Source: Actinomycetes bacterium
GTDB taxonomy: Bacteria > Actinomycetota > Acidimicrobiia > Acidimicrobiales > Acidimicrobiaceae
DNA length: 64,000 nt
Assembly: GCA_021777475.1 (NCBI GenBank)
Contig: JAJYDM010000001.1
Coordinates: forward strand, 18,993 to 82,992
Reading direction: 5' to 3'
This document shows positions 55,762-64,000 of this stretch, in pieces. Within the stretch, counting starts at the first letter, position 1. Each line of letters begins with the position of its first letter. A program made the translations under genes and the position numbers. A model generated the notes under the pieces. The model searched no databases, was not told the origin of the DNA, and worked only from the letters and a program-made list of their open reading frames with translations.

Positions 55762-57054
55762 TCAGGCGCTTAGTGTGTGACTTGTTGAAACCATTAGCGT
55801 GAAAACTTGGGTTGCTGCAGCCTGGGTTAGAAGCCAGCCGGTTGACGCGGTTGTCATTGGTCCCAGATGCACCACACCGGTTGACGGAACCATACGGTCA
55901 TACAGGTATGTCGCGTAGGACCTTAATGCCCGTAAATACCTTGCGTCAGGTGCAATTGCGTTTAGGCTCATCAAGCTCCTAAAGTAGATCGCGTCAAAGA
56001 CTTGAGGCTGCTCTTCAAGGCGGTTTCGATAGTTCAGATAAAACAGGGACTTATGTGCCAAATGCCGGGCAGCCGCCAAATAGGCTGGGTTTTTCGTGGA
56101 ATTGTAAAGAGAGACATTGGCTGCGATTACCAGGCCCTGATTATATGACCAGACTCTGTTGTTCACGACTCCGTGAGTCGAGATTTGGTCTCCAATCAGG
56201 CCATTCTTGAGGGTGAGGGCGGATGTGGTCCAGTGAAGGTACTGTTCTGCCCGATTGCGGTAGAGTTTAATTCCAGTAACGGCGTAGAGCTGTCCGTTGA
56301 GAAGAGCTGCTCCGGCAGTGCTGACAGCATTTCGATGCCTCTTGAATTTTGACTGCTGCCAGTACAGGCCCCCCGGATCAGCAAAGTGCTCGTTCCTGGA
56401 CCAACCAGTAGTTTCAAAAGTTGCCACGGCGCGTGCCTGATCCAAGTAGGTGGCCTTATGGGTGATGAGATAGGCGTCAATAAGGTCGAGTCCCAGCCAG
56501 GCGTTGTCATCGTATTTTTTGACACCTCTCCCACTGGAGAACCAGCGTCCACTGGGGAAGTACCCACCCTTTCGATCCCAATAGCTCTTAAGCACCGACA
56601 TCCTCTGAACGATTCCAGACCTGACTGAAGCTGGCGCATTGGGGACGTTGGCAAGGTAGAGAAGTGCTGAGAGCGCTTGTGATTCCGGCCAGGCTGCAGC
56701 CAGACCAACAAATGGTCCTCGAAACGATCCTTTAGGTCCACCGAAGCATACTTGCAGTGCGTTATATGAATTGACAGCTGCCTGCATAAACTCAACTGAC
56801 GTTATCGTTTTGGCTCTGCGAGGGGTGGGAGTCGCATTGCACGAGGCAGGCGCCGAGGCGTAGGGATGGGCGACGGTTTGCCAGGAGCGCAGTTCAAGTA
56901 GGGCAGCGAAAGTAATCGCGAGAGCCACAATCAAACGGAACGGCCGTGCGCGAACATTTCCCAGAGTGCGAGGTGGCATCTCGTTAGGCCTGAGTATCTG
57001 GCCGTCTGTGCGATAATCACACAGAACGGGCGTGCTGTCGCTGAACATCCCCAC
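55762..57054 (-). CDS. Membrane-anchored glycoside hydrolase family 76-like protein (alpha-1,6-mannanase fold)
   Basis: N-terminal TM (FRLIVALAITFAALL). KYDDNAWLGLDLIDAY (catalytic DD pair), GGLYWQ and WSYNQGLVIAA are GH76-type motifs. Confidence 0.72.
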   Translation of the reverse strand: MGMFSDSTPVLCDYRTDGQILRPNEMPPRTLGNVRARPFRLIVALAITFAALLELRSWQTVAHPYASAPASCNATPTPRRAKTITSVEFMQAAVNSYNALQVCFGGPKGSFRGPFVGLAAAWPESQALSALLYLANVPNAPASVRSGIVQRMSVLKSYWDRKGGYFPSGRWFSSGRGVKKYDDNAWLGLDLIDAYLITHKATYLDQARAVATFETTGWSRNEHFADPGGLYWQQSKFKRHRNAVSTAGAALLNGQLYAVTGIKLYRNRAEQYLHWTTSALTLKNGLIGDQISTHGVVNNRVWSYNQGLVIAANVSLYNSTKNPAYLAAARHLAHKSLFYLNYRNRLEEQPQVFDAIYFRSLMSLNAIAPDARYLRALRSYATYLYDRMVPSTGVVHLGPMTTASTGWLLTQAAATQVFTLMVSTSHTLSA

Positions 57055-57800
57055 TCCATGTCCTTGACTCTTAGAACGAGTGTATCGTCAGAGTCCAGAC
57101 ACAATGTTGTGGTTTTGCGGCATTCCGGTGGATTAATAATTGAAATCTCAGGTCAGTCTTATTTGCCTGGTCGAACCTAGATGGTCGTCGGGTGAAGCTG
57201 GGTCCGAATCCTTGAAGCAGTTCAAAAAGTTTGAATATTGACCGGAATGAAAAGGATTTGTCGTCGAAAACATCTTGACTAAGGAATCATGGAACGTTGG
57301 GCTGGTCCGTTAATGAAAGGAATTGTGGACTGCATCGCTAGTGGATATGAACCTGATGCGGGACTTGGTACTCGGCGGTTAATGCCGGTCGGGCCGGAGT
57401 TCAAACCGTTGCAGACGACATGTCGCCTTTGCGCTTCGTACTAATGAGGTTGGGGCTGGTTATGCAGGTTCGGGTCCTTCTTGGATTGCTCCAGAGGATT
57501 TCGGTTTTAAATGATTAATCCAAATTGGAGGCTGGATATCGGCTGCAGGTATGGCGATATGGTTGTTGTTGGTACTCATGGAGCCAAACGAGTTGTTTAT
57601 GCGCCCCGTAATTTTGCAGGTTCGTAATAGTATCTAAACGAAACCTTGGAAAACCAAGTGGTATGAAGCCCGGAGTCAGTACCTTTCTATCGGCGGCCTT
57701 GGGAAGGTGGGGTCGAATAGCAGGCAGAGTCCTTGCTCAATCGGTCTTATAGGCGAACAGGCATTCGGATTTCCATTCGCGTGAGTATATTAGCTTATGA

Positions 57801-57824
57801 TATAATCTGTAGTCGTAACTACAG
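57801..57824 (+). promoter_or_regulatory. TATAAT -10 box abutting an inverted repeat CTGTAGT-CGTA-ACTACAG (candidate MarR auto-operator)
   Basis: TATAAT at 57801-57806. A perfect 7-bp inverted repeat at 57807-57824, ending 8 nt before the TTG start at 57833. Confidence 0.5.
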
Positions 57825-57832
57825 TTGCGCTG

Positions 57833-59023
57833 TTGAGTCTGGTGGTTAAAACCATGGGACCGGATCCTGAGAATTCTGGCAATAAGCGAAAAATAGGGCG
57901 ACAGTCTTCAGGGTCACTTGGGGATGCGCTTGGATATCGTCTGGGTCGTGCTCACCGGGTCATTCGCGATGCGTGGGAAATGAGGATTTGCGATCTCAAA
58001 ATAAGTCCACCTCAAGCGGCAATGTTGCGTGCCATCTGTGAATCACCCGGGTCGGGACTCAGGGAGTTGGCGCGCTGGTTGAGGACCGATGCGATGAATG
58101 CCAAACGGCTTGTTGATCATCTCGAGCAGAATGGGTTGGTGCATTCCTCAACGGATCCGACTCATCGGCAACGTCGCTTGCTGGACGCGACTGAGGAGGG
58201 GGAGAAGCTGGAGCAGGAGCTTACAAGACGGGGAGAGGCGTGGAATCGTGATCTCTCGAATCTTCTTGGAGAAGCTGATTTCAACAGACTTGAATATTTG
58301 CTCGATATGGTTGAGCAAGCTGTGGCACGGGAGAGCGCTTCGGTTAGCCGCATCGGATACGAAAGATCACAAGGAGAAGAACAAGGTATGGAAGAGCAGG
58401 ATCAACATCAGCACGGGCACGATCATGGCCACGGTCAGCAGCACTGGAACGAACGGTATGCGAGTGCTCCAAGACTTTTCAATGCCGAGCCGGATGAAAC
58501 GTTGGTTGAATTGGCGGGCCATCTATCACCAGGGCGAGCAATTGATCTTGGTGCCGGAGAGGGGAGAAATACTCTGTGGCTTGCCAGGAAAAAGTGGCAG
58601 GTGACGGCGGTCGACCTCTCTGATATCGCTCTTGGGCGACTGGCCGCAGAAGCTAGCGAAGAAGGGCTCGACGTCAATACGGTTGCCGGCGACATTGTCG
58701 AGTATCTTGGACATGGCGATCTCTATGATCTTGTTGTACTGGCGTTCATTCAATGGATACCAGAGGAGCGCGCAAGACTGCTTGACGCGGCCTCGGCAGC
58801 TGTCGCACCCGGCGGTCATCTCTTCCTAATCGGGCACCACATTGCTTCGCTTGGCAAAGGCGGGCCTCCTCAGCCCGAACGCCTTTACACGGAAGAATCT
58901 CTAAGGGATGCATTTCCTGGACTCAAAGTACTGAAGTTGGAGCGCCAGGAGCGGGCTGCCGGAGATATCGGTATACCGATGGTTGATATCGTTGCATGGG
59001 CGGAGCGTTCAACAACGAATTAG
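57833..59023 (+). CDS. MarR-family winged-helix regulator fused in frame to a class I SAM-dependent methyltransferase via a His-rich linker
   Basis: MarR part: ISPPQAAMLRAICESPGSGLRELARWLRTDAMNAKRLVDHLEQNGLV...DPTHRQRRLL. Linker: QDQHQHGHDHGHGQQHW. Methyltransferase part: WNERY, IDLGAGEGRNTLWLA, VTAVDLS, LVVLAF, GGHLFLIGH. Confidence 0.8.
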   Translation: MSLVVKTMGPDPENSGNKRKIGRQSSGSLGDALGYRLGRAHRVIRDAWEMRICDLKISPPQAAMLRAICESPGSGLRELARWLRTDAMNAKRLVDHLEQNGLVHSSTDPTHRQRRLLDATEEGEKLEQELTRRGEAWNRDLSNLLGEADFNRLEYLLDMVEQAVARESASVSRIGYERSQGEEQGMEEQDQHQHGHDHGHGQQHWNERYASAPRLFNAEPDETLVELAGHLSPGRAIDLGAGEGRNTLWLARKKWQVTAVDLSDIALGRLAAEASEEGLDVNTVAGDIVEYLGHGDLYDLVVLAFIQWIPEERARLLDAASAAVAPGGHLFLIGHHIASLGKGGPPQPERLYTEESLRDAFPGLKVLKLERQERAAGDIGIPMVDIVAWAERSTTN

Positions 59024-59687
59024 AGAAAGATGCCGACCCCATAGAGAATGCTGCGTTCTGGCTCAGTCCAACAGTGCCAGTCGCTATGGGCAGGAGTTCG
59101 TTACGAATGCTAGTGCTGCATCGATAATTTGTTGGGAACACAACGAGAACTTAACCCATTTCAAGCTGGTGCTCGGGAAGATTCCGCCGATGGTGTGCCG
59201 GAACATTCGGGTTGGGTTTCGAGAGATCGTCTCTATTGCGAACTCGAATCAGAGGGGGATATCTTCGACTGCTATCTCTCACTCCGTGATTCGGTTTGTG
59301 GGAGTGGTCAATTCTGTGAAAACAATGCAGACCCTGGAGGTGTCAACCTGCCTGCCGGCTGCATCGAAGAGGGACTTTTCAACGCGAGGTTTCAAGTTGG
59401 TCATTGGTAGCCACCCACACGAATACCTTGGTTTTGGTATAAATGCGCCTGGACGGTGAGGCGGCTTCAGAGCGGCGCGAAAATGAATTCTAATCTGGCG
59501 CACCTTTAGTCCTTTTAAGTCCAAGAAGTATGAAGTATCATTTTTGAGTGCGGCTGTCGTCTGTGGTTTGATCCACGGTAGTCGCGTATGGTGGTCAGCT
59601 TGAGTTTGTGGGGGATGCCGACTGGAAGGTCAAAGAATTAGAGCCAGTTGAGTACGTGTGCCCCCTTGCGGGATTTGGGACGGTTGG

Positions 59688-60500
59688 ATGATACCGATTG
59701 GTTTGTCGTTGGACGGGAAAGCCGTGATTGTTAGCGGTGCCGGCAATGGTCTGGGAAAGGCGATGGCGTTCGCATTGGTGGCAGCTGGGGCGTCAATAAT
59801 CGCAGTGGACACAGATGAAGCAGGACTTGAGTCAGTCGTGTCAACGGCTGCCGGTCAGGTAGTTCCCGCCAAGGCTGACGTTACCAGCGATACAGATATG
59901 GAGACTGTCGTTGATCTGTGTCGCAAGAACTTTGGACACGTCGATGTTGTAGTCTGTAACGCGGGAATCGGAATGTCCTCAATACGCGCGGATTATCATA
60001 CGAATCCGATCAAGTTTTGGGAAGCTGATCCCGAAATTGTAAGTCGGTTTCTCGACGTTAACGTGGTTGGCGCGTTCCGTCTTGCCCGCGCGGCTGTGTC
60101 ACACATGCGCGAGCAGAAATGGGGAAGGATCGTAAGCGTGACCACAAGTCTTTCGACGATGATGCGCAAGGGTAATTCGCCATACGGACCATCGAAGGCG
60201 GCTCATGAAGCGCTGGCTGCGGTTATGGCAGGCGACTTGTTAGGTAGTGGAGTGACAGTCAATGTTCTGGTCCCAGGTGGGGCGGCGGATACTTCTATGG
60301 TTCCACACTCCGAGGCTGTTGACCGCTCTAAATTGGTCAAGCCCGAGATGATGGGTCCTCCGATTATCTGGTTGGCGTCAGGTGAGTCGGATGGAGTGAC
60401 TGCCAGGCGATTTGTTGCCAAATACTGGGATGCATCATTGCCGGTCGAGGAAGCTGCGCAGCGATGCAGCGCCCCGATAGCCTGGGGCACACTTGAATGA
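59688..60500 (+). CDS. Short-chain dehydrogenase/reductase
   Basis: VSGAGNGLGKAMA (TGxxxGxG-type), NAG, and catalytic YGPSKAA. I prefer the ATG at 59688 to the upstream GTG. Confidence 0.85.
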   Translation: MIPIGLSLDGKAVIVSGAGNGLGKAMAFALVAAGASIIAVDTDEAGLESVVSTAAGQVVPAKADVTSDTDMETVVDLCRKNFGHVDVVVCNAGIGMSSIRADYHTNPIKFWEADPEIVSRFLDVNVVGAFRLARAAVSHMREQKWGRIVSVTTSLSTMMRKGNSPYGPSKAAHEALAAVMAGDLLGSGVTVNVLVPGGAADTSMVPHSEAVDRSKLVKPEMMGPPIIWLASGESDGVTARRFVAKYWDASLPVEEAAQRCSAPIAWGTLE

Positions 60501-60537
60501 GAGAAGCTGGCTAAGGGAATTGGGAGGAGCTGAAAAA

Positions 60538-61422
60538 ATGGAACTGTATGACTACCTTCGAGACGAGATTCTTGAAGAGGCTGATCTGGGCTACATCTCT
60601 CCTGAGGAGGCGGATCGCCGGGTCAAGGCGTTTGAAAACGCTTTTAGTGGTCAGCCGGCCGGTGGTGTTAGAACAGCATTACTGAACGCACAGACGTCAA
60701 CGAAGAGTAGCAGGGTCGAAGCCGCGGATTCTGACATTGTCACTATTAGAGGCACCGCGAAGGGTAAAGATTCTGAAGTACTTACCTATTTGGCGAAGCC
60801 CAAGGAGGGTGCAGCACTTCCGGGTGTGATCGTCATACACGAGAACAAAGGCCTTGTGCCTTATATCGAAGACGTTGCCAGGCGGCTGGCCCGGGAAGGT
60901 TTCGTGGCGGTGGCGCCAGATCTGCTGTCCCGCCGAGGTGGCACAGGAGCATTCGCTGATCCTGCCGATGCGACTTCAGCGCTCGGGACGATTGGCAGGG
61001 ATGAGTTGGTCGAGGATTTGATTGCCTGTGTTTCCTGTCTTGCCTCAGACGGTTCAGTTCAACCAGAACGCATCGGCGTCATTGGTTTCTGTTTTGGTGG
61101 CGGTATGGCTTGGAGGTTGATCACCAAGGACTCAAGGGTGAAGGCGGCAGTGCCGTTCTACGGTCCAAATCCTCCGCTGGAAGATGTGCGGGATATCAAT
61201 GCAAGCGTCTTGGCGATCTACGGCGGACTCGATGACAGAATCAACGCTGGAATTGACGACATTGTTTCCGCAATGGCACAGAACAGCAAGGAGTTCGAAA
61301 AGATTATCTATCCGGGTGCGCAGCATGCTTTTCACAATGACGCCAACCCGGACCGGTATCACCCGGAGGCTGCTGTCGCAGCATGGGAACGTGCACTCGA
61401 GTGGCTGAGACGCTGGCTTTAG
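60538..61422 (+). CDS. Dienelactone hydrolase-family protein
   Basis: Motifs VIVIHENKGL, nucleophile elbow IGFCFGGG, and GAQHAF. A GGGAGGAG RBS precedes the ATG at 60538. Confidence 0.85.
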   Translation: MELYDYLRDEILEEADLGYISPEEADRRVKAFENAFSGQPAGGVRTALLNAQTSTKSSRVEAADSDIVTIRGTAKGKDSEVLTYLAKPKEGAALPGVIVIHENKGLVPYIEDVARRLAREGFVAVAPDLLSRRGGTGAFADPADATSALGTIGRDELVEDLIACVSCLASDGSVQPERIGVIGFCFGGGMAWRLITKDSRVKAAVPFYGPNPPLEDVRDINASVLAIYGGLDDRINAGIDDIVSAMAQNSKEFEKIIYPGAQHAFHNDANPDRYHPEAAVAAWERALEWLRRWL

Positions 61423-62045
61423 CGAACCGGAACTTGCGTCCACCTAGTGGTCATGTAATGCCGACACTCTTCTGGTTGGATCTTGAGGAATAAATCTTTT
61501 CTCCCTGAGGTGGTCTAATGAACGAGCGCTTCAGCCATGTTGGTCAAGCCGCACTTGGGGAACGGTCTGGAGTTGGTTTCCTTCGCAACCGACACTTTAT
61601 AGCTCACGCCTGGACTGGAAGGTTTCGATGGCGACATGTGGGTACCTGAGCAAATTGACATAGCGGGAGTCGAGTTTGTTTGGCGTCGATCGGGTTTGGC
61701 ATCAGTGGAATTATGCGGTTCCAGATGAATGAATGGGCGGTGGGACTTTGGCGGGACGGCCTACTGACTTTTTCTTCGTCAATTTGTAACCTTGCTGGAG
61801 AATCCAGGGTCAATTGTCAGCGATCCGCACGCTGATTTTGAGGCGGCATCAGTGAGGTGGTGAGTTCAGTTCAGGTGCTAAGGCGGACCGAGTGTGTTGC
61901 GGTCGACCGCTGACATGCTGGTATCGGAAGCCAAGGTTTTATGAAATAAAGTACATTCTTCGTTGTAAAAAGCCACTTTGGGTGGCAACGTATAGGCAGA
62001 GGTTTTAGCTGGCGGTAGCTTGCACGATTTTCTGGAGGAGATCCT

Positions 62046-62960
62046 ATGTCTAACCTTGCCATCCGAACCGAGGGATTGTCAAAGTACTACGGACCTGTGC
62101 ATGCGCTCAGTGATCTCAGCATGGAGGTAACTCCTGGAGAGGTTTTCGGATTCCTTGGTCCCAATGGAGCGGGTAAGACCACAACGATCCGGTTGCTACT
62201 TGGACTTATTCATCCAAGTGCTGGACGTGCTGAAATTTTTGGACTCGATTGCCACCGCAACTCGGTGGAGGTTCACCGCAAGATTAGCTATGTGCCCGGT
62301 GACGCCGGCCTTTGGCCATCGTTAACCGGCGAGGAGACGCTCCATCTACTTGGCCGAGTGCATGGAAAAGTGGATGAGGATTATAGGAATGAGCTGGTAA
62401 AAAGGTTCAATCTTGACGTCACACGAAAGATTCGGACTTATTCCAGAGGGAACCGTCAAAAAGTTATCTTGATTTCTGCGCTCATGACCCGACCGGAGCT
62501 GATGATTCTTGATGAGCCCACCACCGGTCTCGACCCGATTATGGAACACGAATTCCGGCACTGCGTCGATGAGGCCATGGAACGCGGCCAGACCGTGTTT
62601 CTTTCATCGCACATACTGAGTGAGGTGGAAGCCATTTGTGACAGAGTTGGGATTTTGCGCGACGGTAGGCTGATTGAGATCGGCACACTTGAAGAAATGC
62701 GCCATTTGTCGGCACTCACAATTGAAGCCACTTTCGTAGGTGAAATTCCGGACCTGTCTAAAATTCCCGGAGTCGGGAACATTCGACAGGATGGCCGAAG
62801 TGTGAGCCTCCAATTTACTGGGTCGTTGAAGCCACTTCTTGAGATGCTTGCGGCTTCGGAGGTCAGCGAGCTGGTCAGTCGCGAGCCATCGTTGGAGGAA
62901 CTGTTCATTTCTCTGTATGGTGATCATCAGGTGCCGAAGGTGATCGAGAGCAATCCGTAG
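62046..62960 (+). CDS. ABC transporter ATP-binding protein (ABC-2/DrrA-like exporter subfamily)
   Basis: Walker A GPNGAGKTT, signature YSRGNRQKV, Walker B LMILDEPTTGLD, H-loop SSHIL. Confidence 0.9.
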   Translation: MSNLAIRTEGLSKYYGPVHALSDLSMEVTPGEVFGFLGPNGAGKTTTIRLLLGLIHPSAGRAEIFGLDCHRNSVEVHRKISYVPGDAGLWPSLTGEETLHLLGRVHGKVDEDYRNELVKRFNLDVTRKIRTYSRGNRQKVILISALMTRPELMILDEPTTGLDPIMEHEFRHCVDEAMERGQTVFLSSHILSEVEAICDRVGILRDGRLIEIGTLEEMRHLSALTIEATFVGEIPDLSKIPGVGNIRQDGRSVSLQFTGSLKPLLEMLAASEVSELVSREPSLEELFISLYGDHQVPKVIESNP

Positions 62961-62969
62961 CATTGATTC

Positions 62970-63227
62970 AGGCGGGGTGGGCGAGCACCAACAGGCCTCT
63001 TGGGATTTCGTCGCGATCTGGTGCAGGCCTTGTGGAGTTATTCTGTCGGGCGTCCTTTCGGGACCTCCGTGTTTGGATTTTACCTAATCATTTCGGCTTT
63101 GAGTTATACCAGCGTATACAAGACTTCCGTCAGGAGGAACGTATTGTCGGCGTCTTTTGCAGGCCGATGTTTCAGCGGACGCCATATTCGATCGGGGCCA
63201 TCAACTGAATACGGTTGCATGTTATAG
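62970..63227 (+). pseudogene. Possible 5' remnant of the partner ABC permease gene (frame lost after ~75 codons)
   Basis: The frame starting right after the ATPase stop reads ...TGLLGFRRDLVQALWSYSVGRPFGTSVFGFYLIISALSYTSVYKTSVRRNVLSASFAG then stops. This resembles the N-terminus of actinobacterial ABC-2 permeases. The following ~750 nt contain only short broken frames. Confidence 0.35.
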
Positions 63228-64000
63228 AGAGGTCGACAATTGGCCGGCAGTGGCAATGTTGGGTGCGGCATGGGTCGTTTATCGATCGGCGCGACATGCT
63301 GGGCAAGTACGCCAATTCGGGCGGCCTCGGAAATGAGGCCATGGGCGATCGGCGGTGAAGCTGGTTGGAGCTACTCCCAGATTAACGGGATCAATACAAT
63401 GGAGAGATTGACAGTACTGCCCTTGCATAAATTGGTCAGGAGTCTGAACTCCGAGTGACATTTGCAGCTAGTGGTCCGGCGCTCAAAATGTGTGCTCATT
63501 CGATTTTGGAAGACGGAATGGAGCCAAATCCAAGCGGGTGGCTGCCAGATAAAACCCTCAGAGGCGCGGAGAGTTTTCAGGCCTGCCCATGTCGCATTTA
63601 TCCTATCCTTTAGCGCCGCGCCAGTTGTGAACCGGCATCCGACCGCTATAACCAGAGACGGCCCGGTAGCTCCAGTATTTGAACGAAAGTTCCATAGCGA
63701 CTTGGGTGGAGGAAGGTTCGGCACTGTATTGTTAGATTCCGGAAAGTTTTATCTGCCGCAATTGTAGCCAGTCAAGGATCCACAAAAGAGATAAATGAAA
63801 TTTGTTACTAAATCGCGGTGTCCAAGTTATTGACCCTTATGACCACTGACCAGGCATTGCTGGCCTAGGAAACGAGAATTGGGTCAAGTCTAAATAACAG
63901 GCGTCCATTGACTGCTTTAACCTGTCGTGATATGTTGCGCAAACCGAACAGTTCCCGCAAAAGAGGGTAATGATGGCGATCAAAGAGACCGCGATCCGTC

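Noticed and set aside
57380-57420. GGAGTTCAAACC and GGGTCCGAATCC T-loop-like strings in the GH76/MarR intergenic region.
   Set aside because: No acceptor, D or anticodon stems can be drawn around them, so they are not tRNAs or tRNA fragments.
57511-57627. 38-codon ORF (MINPNWRLDIGCRYGDMVVVGTHGAKRVVYAPRNFAGS), considered as a possible small peptide or RiPP precursor.
   Set aside because: It has no RBS, no adjacent maturation enzymes, and no recognisable leader/core pattern.
63970-64000. Possible start of another CDS (ATGATGGCGATCAAAGAGACC...) preceded by AGAGGG.
   Set aside because: Only about 10 codons are visible before the window ends. That is too short to support a call.

Overview
The window is mostly chromosomal core and accessory metabolism from an actinobacterium (Actinomycetota). 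GC looks moderate, roughly 50% by eye (not computed). The taxonomic call rests on signature loci: mec-cysO-cysM, dprE1-dprE2 plus a decaprenyl-phosphate phosphoribosyltransferase, rph-rdgB, and a ClpP2-like clpP. A tal-pgi fusion would fit an Acidimicrobiia-like lineage, but that is a guess.

Gene content in order:
- a BNR-repeat secreted protein
- an oxidative pentose-phosphate operon (tal-pgi fusion, gnd, HAD hydrolase, zwf)
- a Pho84-type phosphate/H+ MFS transporter preceded by 11-bp-periodic PHO-like boxes
- smpB with the tmRNA gene
- mec-cysO-cysM, murI, rph, rdgB, tRNA-Leu(TAG), an MFS transporter and clpP
- a Wzm/Wzt ABC-dependent glycan locus with three GT4 glycosyltransferases and a methyltransferase
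- a SpoIID-domain protein fused to six 42-aa repeats
- the decaprenyl-phospho-arabinose pathway genes
- a sucrose-phosphate synthase with an apparently intact phosphatase-type domain
- a 1.86 kb stretch with no credible ORF
- an aromatic-acid module: UbiD/UbiX, a three-subunit molybdenum hydroxylase with the 4-hydroxybenzoyl-CoA-reductase-type Cys loop in its FAD subunit, and a PaaK-type CoA ligase
- an NPV/NPV aquaporin-family channel and a bicupin dioxygenase
- a GltD-like flavoprotein-ferredoxin fusion translationally coupled to korAB
- a GH76 hydrolase, a MarR-methyltransferase fusion, an SDR, a dienelactone hydrolase, and an ABC ATPase whose partner permease appears decayed

I saw no transposase, integrase, phage gene, CRISPR array or recognisable defence gene.

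The most interesting candidates are:
- the Hcr-like/UbiD/UbiX/CoA-ligase cluster together with the nearby kor operon
- the 1.86 kb non-coding block
- the SpoIID-repeat fusion
- the MarR-methyltransferase fusion

All functional calls come from motif recognition by eye. No database search was run.
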